This document shows, piece by piece, positions 53,035 to 64,000 of a stretch of DNA of 64,000 nt (its first letter is position 1; every line of letters starts with the position of its first letter). The stretch lies in IMG/VR virus record IMGVR_UViG_2585427708_000005; one strand, 5' to 3'. The DNA comes from a virus. Taxonomy: Duplodnaviria > Heunggongvirae > Uroviricota > Caudoviricetes. The notes beneath the pieces were generated by a model. That model was not told the DNA's origin and made no database searches. It saw nothing but the letters and a program-made list of their open reading frames with translations. Both the position numbers and the translations under genes were made by a program.

Positions 53035-53167
53035 AATGTATATCTTTGAAACGTAGCTAACAAGTGATTTGCATTATCCTGTGCCTTCTAAAGGGATCGA
53101 GTCAGTCGGTATTGGCTGTGAATGGGTGTTTGTCCTGGAGCGTAAAAAATTCGCTTATGAGGTCTTT

Positions 53168-53725
53168 ATGAAGGGAAAAACAGCCGCAGGAGGCGGTGCA
53201 ATTTGCGCTATCGCGATGATGATTACCATCGTGATGGATAATGGCAATGTGCGAACCAACCAGGCGGGGCTTGAGCTTATCGGAAACGCTGAAGGTTGCC
53301 GACGTGATCCATACAAGTGCCCGGCGGGTGTATGGACCGACGGGATCGGTAATACACACGGGGTAACGCCTGGCGTGCGAAAAACCGACCAGCAAATCGC
53401 CGCTGATTGGGAAAAGAATATCCTGATCGCTGAACGCTGTATTAACCAGCACTTCCGGGGCAAAGACATGCCCGATAATGCCTTCAGCGCAATGACAAGC
53501 GCGGCATTCAATATGGGATGCAATAGTTTACGGACCTACTACAGCAAAGCGCGAGGCATGCGAGTCGAAACGTCCATCCACAAGTGGGCGCAGAAAGGGG
53601 AATGGGTGAATATGTGTAACCATCTCCCTGATTTTGTGAACAGTAACGGCGTCCCCCTGCCCGGGTTAAAGATTCGCCGTGAAGAAGAACGCCAGCTTTG
53701 CCTGACGGGGCTTGTCAATGAATAA
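53168..53725 (+). CDS. lyz: SAR endolysin (T4-lysozyme family)
   Basis: 185 aa from ATG 53168 (GAGG RBS); N-terminal weakly hydrophobic Gly/Ala-rich SAR segment (AAGGGAICAIAMMITIV); lysozyme core NAEGCRRDPY...GVWTDGIGNTHG. Confidence 0.85.
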   Translation: MKGKTAAGGGAICAIAMMITIVMDNGNVRTNQAGLELIGNAEGCRRDPYKCPAGVWTDGIGNTHGVTPGVRKTDQQIAADWEKNILIAERCINQHFRGKDMPDNAFSAMTSAAFNMGCNSLRTYYSKARGMRVETSIHKWAQKGEWVNMCNHLPDFVNSNGVPLPGLKIRREEERQLCLTGLVNE

Positions 53726-53972
53726 ACTCCGGCAGCTCCGCCGACTTTCGACAATGAAGTTATCGCTGGCGGCGATAGTTTTTGACTCGATTTTCATGGC
53801 GGTATATGTGCTCAATGAGACGTGGCCACTGGAACCACTATTATATGCCGGGCTTCGGCTGTGCCTGACATTTTTGAGCATGGCTGCAAGATTGATGCAG
53901 CAGAAAGAAACCGCTTCAGATTGCCCACGTCGCGCGGTGCGCAAATATATGGCACGCAGACGAAGGCGATAA
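53712..53972 (+). CDS. small membrane protein with basic C-terminus (holin-like candidate)
   Basis: 86 aa; two hydrophobic segments; C-terminus RKYMARRRRR; overlaps lyz end; followed by terminator. Confidence 0.4.
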   Translation: MSMNKLRQLRRLSTMKLSLAAIVFDSIFMAVYVLNETWPLEPLLYAGLRLCLTFLSMAARLMQQKETASDCPRRAVRKYMARRRRR

Positions 53973-53983
53973 TAGTTAAAGAT

Positions 53984-54011
53984 AACCCCGGCAGCCGCCG
54001 GGGTTATTTTT
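53984..54011. terminator. bidirectional rho-independent terminator
   Basis: aaccccggc-agcc-gccggggtt hairpin followed by ATTTTTGG. Confidence 0.8.
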
Positions 54012-54016
54012 GGTGG

Positions 54017-56747
<2,731 letters not shown>

Positions 56748-56867
56748 TTAATTAGAATAATTCGCATCGTGTTTGAACGGAATTTAACACTAGTCACTTG
56801 TTAATGATTACCAATGAACAAGCTATCTATGTGGGTGTTTCGCTGTTCAAGTGTCAGCGAAATATTG

Positions 56868-56884
56868 AAATATATTAGTGCAAT
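56868..56884. promoter_or_regulatory. degenerate C1 operator-like site in prt/lxc intergenic region
   Basis: AAATATATTAGTGCAAT, 15/17. Confidence 0.3.
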
Positions 56885-57050
56885 AACATTTCATCGGGCG
56901 CCGATTAGATACGGCGTGGAAAAGGTGGAAGGCAAAAGCTATGACCGACTACGCCGGACGTGAAATAATATGTCCACACTATCTGATACAATAAAACCGA
57001 ATAGGACATAACTTCGACGTCAAAGCCTTGGCACAGGCTGGAGAGAAAAC

Positions 57051-57299
57051 TTGAAAAAGCGATACTACACAGTAAAGCATGGGACGCTACGAGCATTACA
57101 AGAGTTTGCTGACAAGCATAACGTTGAGGTGCGCAGGGAAGGGGGAAGTAAAGCTCTGCGCATGTACCGTCCGGACGGGAAATGGCGTACGGTCGTCGAT
57201 TTCAAAACTAACAGTGTTCCCCAGGGGGTCCGCGATCGGGCATTCGAAGAATGGGAGCAGATCATTATAGATAATGCATTGCTTCTCAATGCGGATTAA
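57051..57299 (+). CDS. lxc: Lxc/Bof-like small protein (82 aa)
   Basis: 82 aa basic protein immediately upstream of mod, as P1 lxc. Confidence 0.5.
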   Translation: MKKRYYTVKHGTLRALQEFADKHNVEVRREGGSKALRMYRPDGKWRTVVDFKTNSVPQGVRDRAFEEWEQIIIDNALLLNAD

Positions 57300-57443
57300 A
57301 CTTCCCCAAATTATGGCTGTATGCTCGCCGAGCATCGCTCAAAGAAACACGATTATTCAAACATATAGATAGTGATAGTGCCCTCGCATAAGTGTGACAA
57401 CTTCTGGCTCTAGCGGGCTGGGGAGGCGGCGCTTTGTTGCTAA

Positions 57444-59429
57444 ATGATCTGGTTTAAAATGGATATGAAAAAAGAAACGATTTTTTCCGAAGTAGAAACG
57501 GCTAACAGCAAGCAACTGGCTGTGTTGAAAGCTAATTTCCCACAGTGTTTTGATAAAAACGGAGCCTTCATTCAAGAAAAATTGCTTGAGATTATTAGGG
57601 CATCGGAAGTTGAACTCTCTAAAGAATCATACAGCTTAAACTGGCTGGGTAAATCTTATGCCCGTTTGTTGGCCAATCTACCACCGAAAACGTTGTTGGC
57701 TGAAGATAAAACCCATAACCAACAAGAAGAAAACAAGAACAGTCAAAACCTGTTAATCAAAGGGGATAACCTCGAAGTATTGAAGCATATGGTTAATGCT
57801 TACGCTGAAAAGGTGAAGATGATTTACATTGATCCACCATACAATACAGGTAAGGATGGGTTCGTTTATAATGATGATCGCAAATTTACACCTGAGCAGC
57901 TTTCGGAACTGGCAGGTATCGATCTTGATGAAGCTACACGTATTCTCGATTTTACTGTAAAAGGCTCAAGTAGCCATAGTGCATGGCTGACATTCATGTA
58001 TCCTCGTTTATATGTAGCTCGTGAGCTCTTAAAAGATGATGGAATAATATGTATTTCTATCGATGAGAATGAACACTCAAACTTAAAAATACTGTGTAAT
58101 GAAGTATTTGGTGAGTTTAACTTTGCTGGCGAAATAGTATGGAAAAATAGCAGCAAAAACGACCAGGCCTATATTTCAATTCAGCATGAATACTTGTTAT
58201 TTTATGTTAAAAGTAAAGAGCATAATTCCGGTCAATGGAGTGAGAAAAAAGATGGATTAGATGAAATCTATAAGGCATTTGATGGCTTTAGAAAAAAGCA
58301 TGGTGACAATTGGGCTGCTATACATAAAGACGCTTTAGAATGGTTCAATCAATTCCCTGCTTCTAACCCAATAACAAATAGCAAACATTATAATTGGATG
58401 GATGAAAGAGGCATTTACTTCCCTGATAATATTTCTAAACCAGCTAATGGTTATTACTATGATATTGAACACCCTATAACCAAAAAACCTTGCAAAAAGC
58501 CTGCTGGGGGCTGGCGTTTTATTGAGGAAACAATGAAACATAAAATCAGTGAGAATAGAATACATTTTGGCAAAGATCACACTGTAGTTCCTAACAATAA
58601 AACCTATCTTAAGGATACTGAGTATCAGAGCCTGACCAGTATAAAATTTAAAGATGGACGCGTAGCATCAAATATGTTAAAAGAAATATTTGGTCAGAAA
58701 GACATATTTACAAACCCAAAGGATGTAGGGTTATTGTCTGAAATATTTAAGGCTTTAAATATTGAACATCGAGATATTGTGCTCGATTTCTTTGCTGGTT
58801 CGGCATCTACTGCCCATGCAATCTATAATATGAATTGCAATGAAGAGAAGGAACTAAAATTTATTTGCATCCAACTTCCAGAAGAGACTAAAGAAAAGTC
58901 AGAAGCCTATAAAGCTGGGTATAAAAATATCTTTGAAATTACAAAAGCAAGATTGCTCAAATCTTCTGAGAAAATTAAAAATGAAAACCCTGATTACAGG
59001 GGAGACCTAGGTTTTAAAATATTCGAAACAGTCAATGATTTTCGTACACAAGATGTGTCAGAACTTACGCTGTCTAATCATACATTCTTTGATGATGTGG
59101 TCTTGACGCCTGAACAATATGACACTCTATTAACTACATGGTGCCTGTATGATGGTAGTTTGCTAACAACACCTATCGAAGATGTTGATCTTAGTGGCTA
59201 CAAAGCACATTTGTGCGATGGTCGTCTGTATTTGATTGCACCTAATTTTACTAGCGAAGCATTGAAAGCGTTACTTCAAAAGCTGGATTCAGACAAAGAC
59301 TTTGCTCCAAACAAAGTCGTTTTTTATGGCAGTAACTTTGAAAGTGCAAGGCAAATGGAACTCAATGAAGCACTAAAAAGTTATGCTAATAAAAAATCTA
59401 TTGAGTTAGATTTGGTGGTGAGGAACTAA
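57444..59429 (+). CDS. mod: type III R-M methyltransferase subunit Mod (N6-adenine)
   Basis: DPPY motif (YIDPPYNTG), AdoMet motif; start may be at internal Met (MKKETIF, 57465); AT-rich. Confidence 0.9.
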   Translation: MIWFKMDMKKETIFSEVETANSKQLAVLKANFPQCFDKNGAFIQEKLLEIIRASEVELSKESYSLNWLGKSYARLLANLPPKTLLAEDKTHNQQEENKNSQNLLIKGDNLEVLKHMVNAYAEKVKMIYIDPPYNTGKDGFVYNDDRKFTPEQLSELAGIDLDEATRILDFTVKGSSSHSAWLTFMYPRLYVARELLKDDGIICISIDENEHSNLKILCNEVFGEFNFAGEIVWKNSSKNDQAYISIQHEYLLFYVKSKEHNSGQWSEKKDGLDEIYKAFDGFRKKHGDNWAAIHKDALEWFNQFPASNPITNSKHYNWMDERGIYFPDNISKPANGYYYDIEHPITKKPCKKPAGGWRFIEETMKHKISENRIHFGKDHTVVPNNKTYLKDTEYQSLTSIKFKDGRVASNMLKEIFGQKDIFTNPKDVGLLSEIFKALNIEHRDIVLDFFAGSASTAHAIYNMNCNEEKELKFICIQLPEETKEKSEAYKAGYKNIFEITKARLLKSSEKIKNENPDYRGDLGFKIFETVNDFRTQDVSELTLSNHTFFDDVVLTPEQYDTLLTTWCLYDGSLLTTPIEDVDLSGYKAHLCDGRLYLIAPNFTSEALKALLQKLDSDKDFAPNKVVFYGSNFESARQMELNEALKSYANKKSIELDLVVRN

Positions 59430-59431
59430 TC

Positions 59432-62356
59432 ATGTCAAAAGGGCTCACTCTCGAAAAGAACTTGCCGCATCAGAAAGCCGGAGTCGATGCGGTGATGAAT
59501 GTTTTTGTTTCCGCAATACCTCTCCTGACGGATAATGTTGCTATTCGCCTATTAGCTAATCCAGAACTGGAACTGTCTGAACAACAATACTATAACAATA
59601 TAAAAAAAGTTCAGGAGTTTAATGGTATTGAGCACTTAAAAGATAATTACGATGCTAAAAGCAACATCATTGATGTTTCTATGGAGACAGGTACAGGTAA
59701 AACGTATACCTATACCAAAACTATTTTTGACCTGAATAAATCATTTGGCATTAACAAGTTTATCATCATTGTTCCCACTCTATCGATCAAGGCTGGAACA
59801 GTTAATTTTTTAAAAAGTGATGCTTTAAAAGAGCATTTTCGAGATGATTACGAGCGTGAGCTGAGGACTTACGTTGTTGAAAGTCAGAAAAACGCAGGAA
59901 AAAATACAAAATCGTATATGCCACAGGCTATACATGATTTTGTTGAAGCAAGTAATTTCAATAAGAAATATATACACGTTCTTGTGATCAATTCAGGAAT
60001 GATCAATTCTAAGTCTTTAACTGACAGTTATGATGTTGGCTTGCTTGATAATCAGTTTGACACCCCATTCTCAGCTCTCAGAGCGGTAAGGCCATTCATT
60101 ATTATTGATGAACCACATAAATTCCCCACTGGCAAAAAGACATGGGAAAATATAGAGAAATTAAATGCTCAATATATTATCCGCTATGGCGCAACCTTTA
60201 GTGAAGGCTATAAGAATTTAGTTTATCGACTAACAGCCGTGGACGCATTTAACGAAGATCTCGTTAAAGGTATTGATGCATATATTGAGGATATAGTCGG
60301 CGATGGTAACGCAAACCTCAAATTCGTCAAATCTGACGGAAAAGAAGCTACATTTGAACTGAATGAAAATAGCAATAAAAAAACGTTCAAGTTAGCTAAA
60401 GGTGAATCACTATCTAAGACACATGGTGCTATCCATGATTTAACTCTTGAGGCTTTAAACAAAAATACAGCACTGTTGAGTAATGGTATTGAGCTAAAGA
60501 TTGGTAGCTCGATAAACCCCTATTCTTACGATCAGACTCTTGCTGATAACATGATGCGTAAAGCGGTCAAAGAACACTTTAAGTTAGAAAAGGAGTATCT
60601 GACACAAAGGCCACGCATAAAGCCTCTTACTCTTTTCTTTATTGACGATATTGAAGGCTATCGTGACGGTAATGATATTGCCGGAAGCCTGAAAACCAAA
60701 TTCGAAGAATACGTTCTGGCAGAAGCTAATGAACTGTTAAAAACAGAGCAAGATGCGTTTTATAAAAACTATCTTGAAAAAACAGTCAAAGATATATCTT
60801 CCGTTCATGGTGGTTATTTCTCAAAAGATAACAGTGATAAGGATGATAAAATCGAGCAGGAAATCAACGAAATCCTTCATGACAAAGAGCTTTTGCTGTC
60901 TTTAGATAATCCCCGTCGGTTTATTTTCTCAAAATGGACGTTGCGTGAGGGGTGGGATAATCCTAATGTCTTTCAGATCTGTAAGCTCCGTTCGAGCGGT
61001 AGTACCACATCTAAGCTTCAAGAGGTAGGGCGCGGTTTGCGTCTTCCTGTGAATGAATACATGTGTCGAGTGAAAGACCGCAATTTCACTCTCAACTATT
61101 ATGTTGATTTTACAGAAAAAGATTTTGTTGACTCACTTGTTAAAGAGGTCAACGAGAGTTCTTTCAAAGAAAGGGTTCCAAGTAAGTTTACTCAAGAGCT
61201 TAAGGAACAAATCAGGGCTCAGTATCCTGAGCTTTCATCCAGAGCACTAATGAATGAACTTTTCAATGATGAAATCATTGATGACAATGATAATTTCAAA
61301 GATTCAGATGCATATAGCCGCTTAAAATCAAAATATCCAGCAGCATTCCCTATAGGAGTGAAACCAGGTAAAATCAAAAAGGCTACTGATGGAAAAAGAC
61401 GCACTAAAATGCGTGTTGGTAAGTTCAGTGAGCTGAAAGAACTATGGGATTTGATCAATCAAAAAGCGGTGATTGAGTACAAAATAAACAGTGAAAGTGA
61501 ATTTTTATCCATTTTCAAGTCATTCATGCTCGAAGAAACAGAACGATTTACCAAATCAGGCGTTCATACTCGCATTGATAAAATTTACATCCGCAATGAT
61601 ATGGCAATGTCGAAAAGCATTGTTAGTGATGACGATGACTTTGCTAAGCTAAACACAATGAGCTATCGAGAGTTTCTCGATAACTTATCACAAACTATTT
61701 TTGTTAAACACGATACTTTACATAAAGTTTTTTGTGATATAAAAGACACTATTAATATCACTGAATACCTGAATATTCAAACAATCAGAAAAATTAAATC
61801 TGGTTTTAGTAAGTATTTGTTGAACAATTCGTTTAACAAATTCAGCCTCGGATATAATTTGATTTCGGGTTCAATTCATCCCACAAAGTTCACAAATGCT
61901 GATGGTAAGCCTCTAGACGAGGTATTATCAAGTGATCTTGGTGTATTGCAGGATAATTCAAAAGCACCATTAGATACTTATCTTTTTGAAGAAGTTTTTT
62001 ATGATTCAGAGCTTGAAAGGCGTAATATAACAGATAGAGAGATCCAGTCTGTTGTTGTTTCTGTTGTTGTTTTTTCAAAGATACCGAAGAATTCTATTAA
62101 GATCCCGGTAGCTGGTGGATACACTTACTCACCCGATTTTGCTTATGTTGTAAAAACAGCAGAAGGTGATTATCTTAACTTTATCATTGAAACAAAAAAC
62201 GTAGATAGTAAGGATAGTTTACGGCTTGAAGAAAAAAAGAAAATTGAACATGCCCAGGCGCTTTTCAATCAAATAAGTCAGTCTGTTAAAGTTGAATTCA
62301 AAACGCAGTTTGCTAATGATGATATTTATCAGTTAATCAAGAGCGCATTACCATAA
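59432..62356 (+). CDS. res: type III R-M restriction subunit Res (helicase-nuclease)
   Basis: 974 aa; Walker A TGTGKT, DEPH box (IIIDEPHKF), helicase motifs; follows mod with 2-nt gap. Confidence 0.9.
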   Translation: MSKGLTLEKNLPHQKAGVDAVMNVFVSAIPLLTDNVAIRLLANPELELSEQQYYNNIKKVQEFNGIEHLKDNYDAKSNIIDVSMETGTGKTYTYTKTIFDLNKSFGINKFIIIVPTLSIKAGTVNFLKSDALKEHFRDDYERELRTYVVESQKNAGKNTKSYMPQAIHDFVEASNFNKKYIHVLVINSGMINSKSLTDSYDVGLLDNQFDTPFSALRAVRPFIIIDEPHKFPTGKKTWENIEKLNAQYIIRYGATFSEGYKNLVYRLTAVDAFNEDLVKGIDAYIEDIVGDGNANLKFVKSDGKEATFELNENSNKKTFKLAKGESLSKTHGAIHDLTLEALNKNTALLSNGIELKIGSSINPYSYDQTLADNMMRKAVKEHFKLEKEYLTQRPRIKPLTLFFIDDIEGYRDGNDIAGSLKTKFEEYVLAEANELLKTEQDAFYKNYLEKTVKDISSVHGGYFSKDNSDKDDKIEQEINEILHDKELLLSLDNPRRFIFSKWTLREGWDNPNVFQICKLRSSGSTTSKLQEVGRGLRLPVNEYMCRVKDRNFTLNYYVDFTEKDFVDSLVKEVNESSFKERVPSKFTQELKEQIRAQYPELSSRALMNELFNDEIIDDNDNFKDSDAYSRLKSKYPAAFPIGVKPGKIKKATDGKRRTKMRVGKFSELKELWDLINQKAVIEYKINSESEFLSIFKSFMLEETERFTKSGVHTRIDKIYIRNDMAMSKSIVSDDDDFAKLNTMSYREFLDNLSQTIFVKHDTLHKVFCDIKDTINITEYLNIQTIRKIKSGFSKYLLNNSFNKFSLGYNLISGSIHPTKFTNADGKPLDEVLSSDLGVLQDNSKAPLDTYLFEEVFYDSELERRNITDREIQSVVVSVVVFSKIPKNSIKIPVAGGYTYSPDFAYVVKTAEGDYLNFIIETKNVDSKDSLRLEEKKKIEHAQALFNQISQSVKVEFKTQFANDDIYQLIKSALP

Positions 62357-62366
62357 TTCCAGTTTA

Positions 62367-62391
62367 AAAGGAGGTGAAAACCTCCTTTTTA
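62367..62391 (+). terminator. rho-independent terminator after res
   Basis: aaaggaggt-gaaa-acctccttt hairpin followed by T-run. Confidence 0.8.
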
Positions 62392-62431
62392 TGACATCCA
62401 ACACGACCTGAAAGACGTAGCGCTCAGGTCG

Positions 62432-63073
62432 TTAAAAATAGTTTCCCTTTCCAGTTAAGATTCCATGTGGAACGCTTTTTTCCGCAAGTCTCTGTGTTCC
62501 GCGAATTATGTTAATCAGTGGACTTAGTAACGATGGTTCCTGGCGTGCCTCAACTTCTCCAGCCATTGCCCTGATGTAGTCGGCGCTGGCAACGTTGTTG
62601 TATTCCGTCGCAAAGCAACATAGTAACGTCAGAACATGCTCTGTCGTTATTTCACTCCAGTTGATGTTGAAAAATTCATCGCCTTTTTTGTCGTGTTCGG
62701 AATCGAAGATGCTTTGGTGGAGGATGTATTTGCCGGATTCCTTGCGCGGTAACTTGATTGCTTTCTGGCGTTCCAGCTCCTTATAAATCTGCATTGCCTC
62801 AATTAGTACCGGCCTGCCGTTCATGAAGGGATCGCGCAACCTTACACGCTGGCCAACTCGACCGGTAATAAAGCTGTTTTCCTCTTCCACCAGCACGATA
62901 AACCCCTTTTCCTCTTTTTCTCGCAATTCGCGCAGCAGCTGGAGTTCCATATCGCGGCGGCGTTCAGGGTAGCTGGTCCGCTCAGCCATTATCAGCTCGT
63001 TATTGATCCATGCAGCAGTCATTGACGCCGGTTTGCCGACGCTCATCGAAACAACGCATATTTTCTTATCCAT
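62432..63073 (-). CDS. hypothetical protein (213 aa from MDKKICVV)
   Basis: ORF convergent with res; no motif. Confidence 0.45.
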   Translation of the reverse strand: MDKKICVVSMSVGKPASMTAAWINNELIMAERTSYPERRRDMELQLLRELREKEEKGFIVLVEEENSFITGRVGQRVRLRDPFMNGRPVLIEAMQIYKELERQKAIKLPRKESGKYILHQSIFDSEHDKKGDEFFNINWSEITTEHVLTLLCCFATEYNNVASADYIRAMAGEVEARQEPSLLSPLINIIRGTQRLAEKSVPHGILTGKGNYF

Positions 63074-63332
63074 AGCGCCCCTACAAAAAAGAAAAGCCAC
63101 CAGCGGCGGCTTAGCAATACAACTGAAGGTATCGCCCGGTACTCAGACTGTGCCGTCCATGGAATATTTGAAAAGGGATCCATCCGTACCGGGCGTGTGA
63201 TGATTCTGACTGAAGTCACTTGTCAGTTGTCAATCATTTATCATTAAAAATAATATATTTATTAGTGCATACAAATAAGACACTAAGTGTGCACATTGCA
63301 ACCTCAGAGAGGAAACATTCAACCAGATTGTT

Positions 63333-63349
63333 ATTGCTCTAATAAATTT
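63333..63349. promoter_or_regulatory. C1 operator, exact consensus ATTGCTCTAATAAATTT, upstream of second c4-icd-ant module
   Basis: 17/17 match; weaker second site at ~63255-63270. Confidence 0.65.
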
Positions 63350-63539
63350 GATTTATTGAAACAAATAAACTACTATTGGACGCCAGACTATTGATCTTCC
63401 TGTTGTTCAGGCTTATAGTTCCTACGTCGTAGCAAATTCTGCGACCGGGTTTAGCAGCCTGAATGTACATGCGGACAACCGCAGATTTCCGATATTGCGG
63501 TATTTTTATGTCCGTAAAACCGCGTTACGCCCGAATTAT

Positions 63540-63615
63540 GGTGGGGCGTGATGGGGAGGCTTCGGCCTGCTGGTTTCATGTACGCCAGTCTGCTAACCCC
63601 GTCACGTCCTGCCAC
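63540..63615 (+). ncRNA. c4-like antisense RNA region of second immI module (boundaries approximate)
   Basis: boxes CATGTA (63576-63581) and CTGCTA (63589-63594) complementary to TACATG/TAGCAG targets at 63452-63471 and 63620-63654. Confidence 0.35.
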
Positions 63616-63666
63616 CCGTTTAGCAGCGGGTAGCAGGTTGTTAAACCTGTACATGAGGCCGTAACT

Positions 63667-63888
63667 ATGGTTAATGCCAATCCTTGCGCACGCCCTGAAT
63701 TTATCTGGCGCTTTTACTCCTGCCAAAAACGTCACTATCACTTCGTTATCGCACCAACAGAAGATGAGGCACGTTCTCAGCTTCCGGATGCTCCCTGTAT
63801 TTTCTCTGCCCGCTTTTCTACCGATTTGCGCAATTCTCTCAGTTACTGGTGCCTCCCTGTTAACGCTTCTGCTCAGGAGGGGCTATGA
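63667..63888 (+). CDS. Icd-like small protein (73 aa), paralogue of 28499-28720
   Basis: 73 aa, ~80% identical to module-1 Icd; stop overlaps ant-like start (ATGA). Confidence 0.6.
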   Translation: MVNANPCARPEFIWRFYSCQKRHYHFVIAPTEDEARSQLPDAPCIFSARFSTDLRNSLSYWCLPVNASAQEGL

Positions 63889-64000
63889 GAACGTCATTAG
63901 TCACCCGTGAAGAGATGATCGAGGCAATTGAACAGCACACTGCCTGTATCAGTACCAGGGATATACCAGGCGTTATTGCCAACTACTTCATGATCACCAA
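63885..64000 (+). CDS. antirepressor Ant-like protein, N-terminal fragment (continues beyond window)
   Basis: MRTSLVTREEMIEAIEQHTACISTRDIPGVIANYFMIT aligns with N-terminus of Ant at 27459-28502. Confidence 0.6.
   Translation, partial: MRTSLVTREEMIEAIEQHTACISTRDIPGVIANYFMIT

Overview
This window reads as a ~64 kb contiguous segment of a P1-like temperate phage-plasmid from an enterobacterium. All calls come from reading the supplied ORF translations and the DNA by eye (motifs, synteny, repeats); no database search, alignment or RNA-folding program was run, and comparisons to phage P1 are from memory of its published organisation. Recognisable modules: a P1-type plasmid replicon (DnaA box and GATC cluster, 5 incC iterons, repA, ~9 incA iterons) with parA-parB-parS; lytic replicon repL with kilA; an immI-type immunity module (c4-like antisense RNA, icd, ant); virion genes (capsid, sheath, tube, Sit tape-measure/transglycosylase, baseplate, tail fibre S and assembly protein U); lysis genes (lydA/lydB-like, SAR endolysin, spanin-like pair); a Dar-like antirestriction operon; ssb; a tRNA-ban (DnaB-like helicase) operon; a bifunctional C5/N6 DNA methyltransferase; an rdgC homologue; and an EcoP1I-like type III restriction-modification system. 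Copies of the 17-bp C1 operator motif sit at several promoters. Features not explained by that layout: (1) a LAGLIDADG-type intein inserted in-frame at the catalytic Cys (PCQ motif) of the methyltransferase; (2) a second, diverged c4-icd-ant module at the window end whose antisense and target boxes have changed together; (3) accessory insertions: a T5orf172-domain gene between incA and parA, an AT-rich two-gene operon between the virion genes and repL, and a hexapeptide acetyltransferase where P1 carries its invertible C segment; (4) pseudo-tRNA-like repeats, a tRNA-Tyr-like gene and an SPFH lipoprotein pair inside the tRNA operon; (5) a short motif shared by a secreted Sim-like protein and Sit. 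One caution: at ~10920-10981 the supplied ORF translations and my reading of the DNA differ by two compensating single-base indels, so coordinates inside that 60-nt stretch may be off by one.
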